Assembly: GCA_019309045.1 (NCBI GenBank)
Contig: JAFDGZ010000004.1
Coordinates: 5,178-69,177, forward strand
DNA: 64,000 bases
Direction of reading: 5' to 3'
Source: Deltaproteobacteria bacterium
GTDB lineage: Bacteria > Desulfobacterota > Syntrophobacteria > BM002
The notes below the pieces were generated by a model, which was not told where the DNA came from, searched no databases, and saw only the letters and a list, made by a program, of their open reading frames with translations. Position numbers and translations under genes: made by a program. The first letter of the stretch is position 1. The number at the start of each line of letters is the position of its first letter. Shown here in pieces: positions 59,201-64,000 of the stretch.

Positions 59201-60979
59201 GTGCAGGATAGAGCAATATACAGACGGTTGTTGGCTCTGGTCAGACCCTTCTGGCGGCCACTGGTGCTGGCCATGGCCTGTATGACCGGTGTTGCTGTCT
59301 GTACAGCGCTTTCAGCTTACCTCGTCAAGCCGGTACTGGACGATATATTCATCAACAAAGATGTGGGAATGTTGAAGATTCTTCCTGTGCTGGTATTGCT
59401 TATTTTTGCCTTCAAGGGCTTGTGCGACTGGGGTCATGCCTACTTGATGAATTTTGTGGGGCAAAGAATAGTCGCCCAGCTGCGGCAGCAACTGTATGAC
59501 CACCTCCAGAGCCTGTCCCTTGCTTTTTTTGATAAGACCCCCACCGGGGTATTGATGTCAAGAATCACCAATGACGTAAATCTGATGCAAGGGGCGGTGT
59601 CGGGAGCGCTTACTGGCCTGCTGGTAGACACCTTCAGTGTTGTCGGACTCATCTTTGTAATCTTCTACCGTGACTGGCGGCTGGCGTGCATTTCGATGGT
59701 GGTGCTGCCCTTCGCCTTCCTGCCCATTGTCAAATTCGGCCGCATGCTGCGCCGGGTTAGCACCAAAAGGCAGCAGTCAATGGGCGATCTTTCGGTAATT
59801 CTCCATGAGACCATAGCAGGCAGCCGAATTGTCAAGGCATTCGGCATGGAAGAATACGAGAAAAGCCGCTTCGCCAGAGAGAATGAAAAATATTTCAATT
59901 ACCTGATGAAGGCAGTTGCGGTCCGTTCTCTTTCCTCACCAGTGATGGAATTTTTGGGCGGGGTCGGCATTGTCATCATCATCTGGTACGGGGGCTATTG
60001 TGTCATCCAGGGGATTTCCACTCCGGGAAACTTCTTTTCCTTCCTCGCTGCTTTACTGATGCTCTATAAACCAGTCAAGCGATTGAGCACCATAAACAAC
60101 GTGCTGCAAGAAGGAATTGCTGCAGCCTATCGAGTCTTTGAACTGCTCGATACTCCCGCGGAAACCAGGCAGGATCCGCAGGCAGCCGAACTGCCTCCAA
60201 TTCGTGAATTTCTCGAGTTTCGGCAGGTGTATTTCCATTATGGCGACGCCCCAGTTCTCGAGGATGTGAATCTCAGGGTGGCCGTGGGCGAGGTGGTGGC
60301 TCTGGTTGGAGCCAGTGGCGCGGGCAAGACTACGCTGGTGAACCTCATTCCTCGTTTCTATGAGGTGACCGGGGGGGCTATTGTCATCGATGGCATTGAC
60401 ATTCGCCGGGTGACCATCTCTTCGCTCAGATCCCAGATAGCAATGGTTACTCAGCAGACGATCCTATTCAATGACACTGTTCGCAACAACATCGCCTACG
60501 GCAGTCTGCAAAAGAGCATCGAGGAGATCATTGCGGCAGCCAAGGCTGCAAACGCCTATGATTTTATAATGAAAATGCCAAAAGGGCTCGACACCGTCAT
60601 AGGGGAGCAGGGAGTGCGGCTTTCCGGAGGACAACGACAGAGGTTGTGCATTGCCCGAGCTCTGCTGAAAGATGCTCCCATACTCATCCTGGACGAAGCC
60701 ACCTCTTCTCTGGACAGTGAGGCCGAGCTGGAAGTACAGAAGGCTCTGGAAAACCTTATGTCCGGGAGAACAACTCTGGTGATTGCCCATAGATTGTCTA
60801 CTATCAAGAATGCTGACCGCATTGTGGTGCTGGCCAATGGGCGTATTGTGGAAGAGGGACGACACGAGGACCTTCTCCGGGCCGGCGGAGAATACCATCG
60901 CCTGTATGAGCTCCAGTTCGCCCAGATGGAGTCGGCCGAATTGTCTGGCAGCAGATACTTTACTCAGGTGCGATGGTGA
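59201..60979 (+). CDS. msbA: ABC exporter (fused six-TM domain plus ATPase), lipid A flippase MsbA-like
   Basis: Walker A GASGAGKTT, signature LSGGQRQRLCIARAL and Walker B ILDEATSSLD. It sits between lpxB and waaA. Confidence 0.8.
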   Translation: MQDRAIYRRLLALVRPFWRPLVLAMACMTGVAVCTALSAYLVKPVLDDIFINKDVGMLKILPVLVLLIFAFKGLCDWGHAYLMNFVGQRIVAQLRQQLYDHLQSLSLAFFDKTPTGVLMSRITNDVNLMQGAVSGALTGLLVDTFSVVGLIFVIFYRDWRLACISMVVLPFAFLPIVKFGRMLRRVSTKRQQSMGDLSVILHETIAGSRIVKAFGMEEYEKSRFARENEKYFNYLMKAVAVRSLSSPVMEFLGGVGIVIIIWYGGYCVIQGISTPGNFFSFLAALLMLYKPVKRLSTINNVLQEGIAAAYRVFELLDTPAETRQDPQAAELPPIREFLEFRQVYFHYGDAPVLEDVNLRVAVGEVVALVGASGAGKTTLVNLIPRFYEVTGGAIVIDGIDIRRVTISSLRSQIAMVTQQTILFNDTVRNNIAYGSLQKSIEEIIAAAKAANAYDFIMKMPKGLDTVIGEQGVRLSGGQRQRLCIARALLKDAPILILDEATSSLDSEAELEVQKALENLMSGRTTLVIAHRLSTIKNADRIVVLANGRIVEEGRHEDLLRAGGEYHRLYELQFAQMESAELSGSRYFTQVRW

Positions 60980-62286
60980 TCCTTCTCTATAACCTCTTAT
61001 GGCTGGTGGCCCTCCCTGGCGTCATGGGCTATTTTCTTGTCAAGCGCTCCATTTCGGGCAAGTACCGCCAGAATTTCAAGCCTCGCCTCGCTCTGGGGAC
61101 AAGGAGCGTCAGGGAGCCTGGTGCACCACAGACAATCTGGATCCATGCCCTTTCAGTAGGAGAGGTGCTGGCAGCCATACCCCTGGTTTACCAGGTGCGG
61201 CAGCAGTATCCCCAGTATCGAATCGCCATCTCAACCACCACAGAAGCAGGACAACTAGTAGCGCGTCAGAAACTGGCTTCCCTGCACTGTTCATTTTTTT
61301 ATTTCCCCCTCGATCTGTGGTGGGTGATGCGCAGGATGGTGAGGGCGGTAAACGCCGCGCTTTTTATTCTGGTAGAGACTGATTTGTGGCCCAATCTATT
61401 TCACTGTCTTGCCAAGGAGGGAGTGCCAGCAGTCCTGGCAAACGGCAGGCTTTCGGATCGCTCATTTGCACGCTATGCCAAGCTGCACAAGTTTATTGCA
61501 CCTCAGCTCAACAAGATAGAGGTGTTATGTATGCAGAGCTCTGAGGATGCTTTCCGAATGCGCCAGCTGGGTGTGGATCCAGGGAGGATTCGGGTGACAG
61601 GAAACCTCAAGTTTGCTCAGCCCGCAGAGCAATGGCCAGACAGGGAAGAGGTGATTGCCACCCTTGGTTGGCAGCCACGGCGGCTCACCTGGATAGCTGG
61701 CAGTACTCATGCCGGAGAAGAAGAGATGATCTTCAGGGTCTATGCGCGCTTGCGAGCAGAGCACCCTGAGTGCGCCCTGGTGCTGGCGCCACGAAATCCT
61801 GAGCGTTTTCAGACAGTTGCCAGAATGGCACAGGAAAATTCCTGGGAGACTCTGCGGCGAAGTTGCCTGCAACGGCAGGATTCACAACCGGCAAGGAGTG
61901 ACATTCTCATCCTTGACAGTATTGGCGAACTGGCTCAGGTCTATCACCTTGGCACCTTTGCTTTTGTGGGCGGCAGCCTGGTGCCTAGGGGAGGGCACAA
62001 TCCTCTGGAAGCTGCCAGAGCAGGACTTCCAGTTCTTTTTGGTCCGCACATGGAGAATTTTAGAGACATTGCTCACTTTCTCCTGGAAAGTGGTGCCGGC
62101 ATCCAGGTAAATGATGAGACAGAACTCTACAGACAGGCAAGAACCCTGCTGTTGTCACCAGGCCTCTGTCGAATTATGGGAGAGAAGGCCAGAGAAGCTG
62201 TCCACCGGCATGGTGGGGCATTGCAAAGGCACATGGAGGCTATTGCTGCTGTTCTCAAGGCTGCTGCCGGTGACGCTCAACCATGA
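60973..62286 (+). CDS. waaA: 3-deoxy-D-manno-octulosonic acid (Kdo) transferase WaaA/KdtA
   Basis: IWIHALSVGEV, an N-terminal TM helix and a GT30 fold. Confidence 0.9.
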   Translation: MVILLYNLLWLVALPGVMGYFLVKRSISGKYRQNFKPRLALGTRSVREPGAPQTIWIHALSVGEVLAAIPLVYQVRQQYPQYRIAISTTTEAGQLVARQKLASLHCSFFYFPLDLWWVMRRMVRAVNAALFILVETDLWPNLFHCLAKEGVPAVLANGRLSDRSFARYAKLHKFIAPQLNKIEVLCMQSSEDAFRMRQLGVDPGRIRVTGNLKFAQPAEQWPDREEVIATLGWQPRRLTWIAGSTHAGEEEMIFRVYARLRAEHPECALVLAPRNPERFQTVARMAQENSWETLRRSCLQRQDSQPARSDILILDSIGELAQVYHLGTFAFVGGSLVPRGGHNPLEAARAGLPVLFGPHMENFRDIAHFLLESGAGIQVNDETELYRQARTLLLSPGLCRIMGEKAREAVHRHGGALQRHMEAIAAVLKAAAGDAQP

Positions 62287-62345
62287 TCTGAAAAAGGAAA
62301 CTTCCTCAAGTTGCTGCTGAGCCTGGGAAAAGCTTTTTTCAGCTG

Positions 62346-63512
62346 TTGGCCATGAAAGACATTTCCAGTATGAGGCGAATGTGGGAATGGAAAGCTTCCT
62401 CTGCACGAAGGACTCTGGCCACGCGAGTTTACCGACTCATCCTCGATGAACAGATAAACTCCCCGGGCGTACGCCTGCTGCGCCACCTGGCGGCCATTGC
62501 TGCGGTGGTATATAGCGCAGCAATGAGCTGCCGTGACCTGCTTTTCTGCCACGGCGTCCTGCCAAAGTGCAAGACAGAATGCCGAGTGGTCTGTGTGGGC
62601 AACATTACCCTGGGGGGAACCGGCAAGACGCCCATGGTCATGTGGTTGGCACGCTTTCTCCAGCAGGAGGGCTGGAAGGTGGCTGTGGTGAGCCGGGGTT
62701 ACCGGGGGCGCTATGGCGGCAAGGTTCTGGTGGTCAGTGACGGGCAAGCTATCAGGTGCGAGGCTGCTATTTCGGGGGACGAACCGCAGCTGCTTGCCAG
62801 AAGGCTGCCTGGAGTGGTGGTTCTTTGCGGGTCCAGGAGAAAGGAAGCGGTGCAAGTTGCCCTGCAGGACTTCCTTTGCCAGGTGGTGGTCCTGGATGAC
62901 GGTTTTCAACATCGGTACCTTGAACGTGATGTGGATATGGTTCTCCTCGACAGCAGCAGCCCTTACGGGAACGGCAGACTTTTCCCTCGGGGATTGTTGC
63001 GTGAGAAAATCACTGCCCTCGAGAGAGCCGATCTGCTGGTGCTCAGCAATTTTGATGGTACGCTTTCTGCCAGAAAGACCCTGGAGCAGTTGCAACAGGA
63101 CTGGCCGCAGAAACCTGTTTTCAAAGGAATACATCGGCCAGAGAGGTTGTTTCATGCCACAACAGGAGAGGAGAAGCCTCTTGCCTTTCTCCGCGGCAAG
63201 CGACTTGCCTGCTTTGCCGGCATTGCAAAGCCAGCAAGATTTTTTCAGACTGTCACTTCCCTGGGAGGGGTGCTGGCCTTCACTTTCTCCTTGCCTGATC
63301 ACAGCCCTTTGACGGCAGACCTCTTGCAAGACATGGTCGATGCTGCCAGACCCAGGCCAGCAGAACTCTGGCTGACGACCGAGAAGGATTGGGTGAGGTT
63401 GCCAGCGGTCTTACCCGAAGATTTGCAGCTCTGGGTGCTCGGCATAGAATTCGACCTGGGTGAAGATGATCAGCAGGTGGCGGCCATGGTCCTGAAGCGG
63501 TTGCGGGCCTGA
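62346..63512 (+). CDS. lpxK: Tetraacyldisaccharide 4'-kinase LpxK
   Basis: P-loop [15 protein letters not shown] followed by VVSRGYRG. The start is probably at an internal Met, since the N-terminus is long relative to E. coli LpxK. Confidence 0.85.
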   Translation: MAMKDISSMRRMWEWKASSARRTLATRVYRLILDEQINSPGVRLLRHLAAIAAVVYSAAMSCRDLLFCHGVLPKCKTECRVVCVGNITLGGTGKTPMVMWLARFLQQEGWKVAVVSRGYRGRYGGKVLVVSDGQAIRCEAAISGDEPQLLARRLPGVVVLCGSRRKEAVQVALQDFLCQVVVLDDGFQHRYLERDVDMVLLDSSSPYGNGRLFPRGLLREKITALERADLLVLSNFDGTLSARKTLEQLQQDWPQKPVFKGIHRPERLFHATTGEEKPLAFLRGKRLACFAGIAKPARFFQTVTSLGGVLAFTFSLPDHSPLTADLLQDMVDAARPRPAELWLTTEKDWVRLPAVLPEDLQLWVLGIEFDLGEDDQQVAAMVLKRLRA

Positions 63513-63549
63513 GTGAGGTCCACAAGCGCTATTTTTGAGATGTGAAGCT

Positions 63550-64000
63550 GTGCTATCTCCGCAGAGCAATTCCAAGAAAAGCAGCGTTCTGGTGGTAGCT
63601 CCCAGTTGGATCGGGGATGCTGTTCTCAGCCTGCCCGCCATCGATGCCTGCGTGCAGCATTGGTCCGGGAGGCAGGTTACTGTACTGGCCCGCTCCTCCG
63701 TTGCCCAGGTTTTCAGACAGAGTGGCAGGCCAGTGGGGGTTATGGAGTATGAGCTCGAGGGTGGGTTGCGCAAGTTGGCCCAGAGATTATTACTGGCACG
63801 GATCCTGAGGTCCAGGGGATTTGCAGCGGCCCTGCTGCTGCCCAATTCCTTCGGGGCGGCGCTGTTGGTGTGGCTGGCCGCCATTCCAATCAGAATAGGC
63901 TATGCAACTGATGGGCGTGCCATGCTTCTCACGCACAGGCTGGCCTGCAGCCAGCCAGAGGACACTGGGCACCAGGTAGATTACTACCTGCATCTTGCGG
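63550..64000 (+). CDS. Glycosyltransferase family 9 (LPS heptosyltransferase, WaaC/WaaF-like), 5' part; continues past the window end
   Basis: Frame-1 translation gives KKSSVLVVAPSWIGDAVLSLPAIDA...LLPNSFGAALLVWLAAIPIRIGYATDG, the GT9 N-terminal signature. A GTG or TTG start is near 63535-63550. The ORF is open to 64000. Confidence 0.6.
   Translation, partial: MLSPQSNSKKSSVLVVAPSWIGDAVLSLPAIDACVQHWSGRQVTVLARSSVAQVFRQSGRPVGVMEYELEGGLRKLAQRLLLARILRSRGFAAALLLPNSFGAALLVWLAAIPIRIGYATDGRAMLLTHRLACSQPEDTGHQVDYYLHLA

Noticed and set aside
1-64000. Mobile elements, CRISPR arrays, prophage or defence islands
   Set aside because: No transposase, integrase or cas-like ORFs, no spaced direct-repeat arrays, and no abrupt compositional islands were seen other than the short low-GC spacer at 4150-4546.

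Overview
The window is gene-dense and about 55-58% GC. It carries roughly 50 protein-coding genes, almost all housekeeping, and no rRNA, tRNA, CRISPR array, transposase or integrase that I can recognise. Gene content (selA, a bifunctional cobA/hemD, lpxI, pilB-pilC-pilS, sigma-54 regulators, a large outer-membrane biogenesis cluster) suggests a Gram-negative anaerobe of the Desulfobacterota/Deltaproteobacteria type; this is inference, not proof. Layout, left to right: (1) a ZraP-like periplasmic protein gene on the minus strand with a perfect sigma-54 promoter, divergent from a ZraS-like sensor kinase and a sigma-54-dependent response regulator; (2) an ABC importer whose fused two-domain permease has an in-frame TAG, followed by its ATPase and a translationally coupled DHH phosphoesterase; (3) a minus-strand block: M48 lipoprotein peptidase, recO, mgtE, RodZ-like, SurA-like, mfd; (4) selA followed by a GAF / 2x degenerate GGDEF / TPR protein; ilvA on the minus strand; (5) sppA, a class IV aminotransferase, gmhA, a deoxyhypusine-synthase-like protein, a cyclophilin-like protein, an FmdB zinc ribbon, hemC, cobA/hemD, uvrD, folC, lptD, rplM-rpsI, argC, truA, an aspartate aminotransferase; (6) pilB-pilC-pilS, then lysS; (7) lolE-lolD-bamA-skp-lpxD-fabZ-lpxA-(lpxI fused to a Gfo/Idh/MocA oxidoreductase)-lpxB-msbA-waaA-lpxK and the start of a heptosyltransferase. 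The observations most worth a second look are: a roughly 67-bp palindrome-rich element present in two inverted copies about 20 kb apart (24.4 kb and 44.3 kb); the gmhA/DHS-like/cyclophilin-like cluster; the LpxI-oxidoreductase fusion; BamA with an extra N-terminal domain; the GGDEF-like/TPR protein next to selA; and the in-frame TAG in the ABC permease. I found no clear-cut novel defence or biosynthetic system; the candidates are flagged with the level of support I can actually give.
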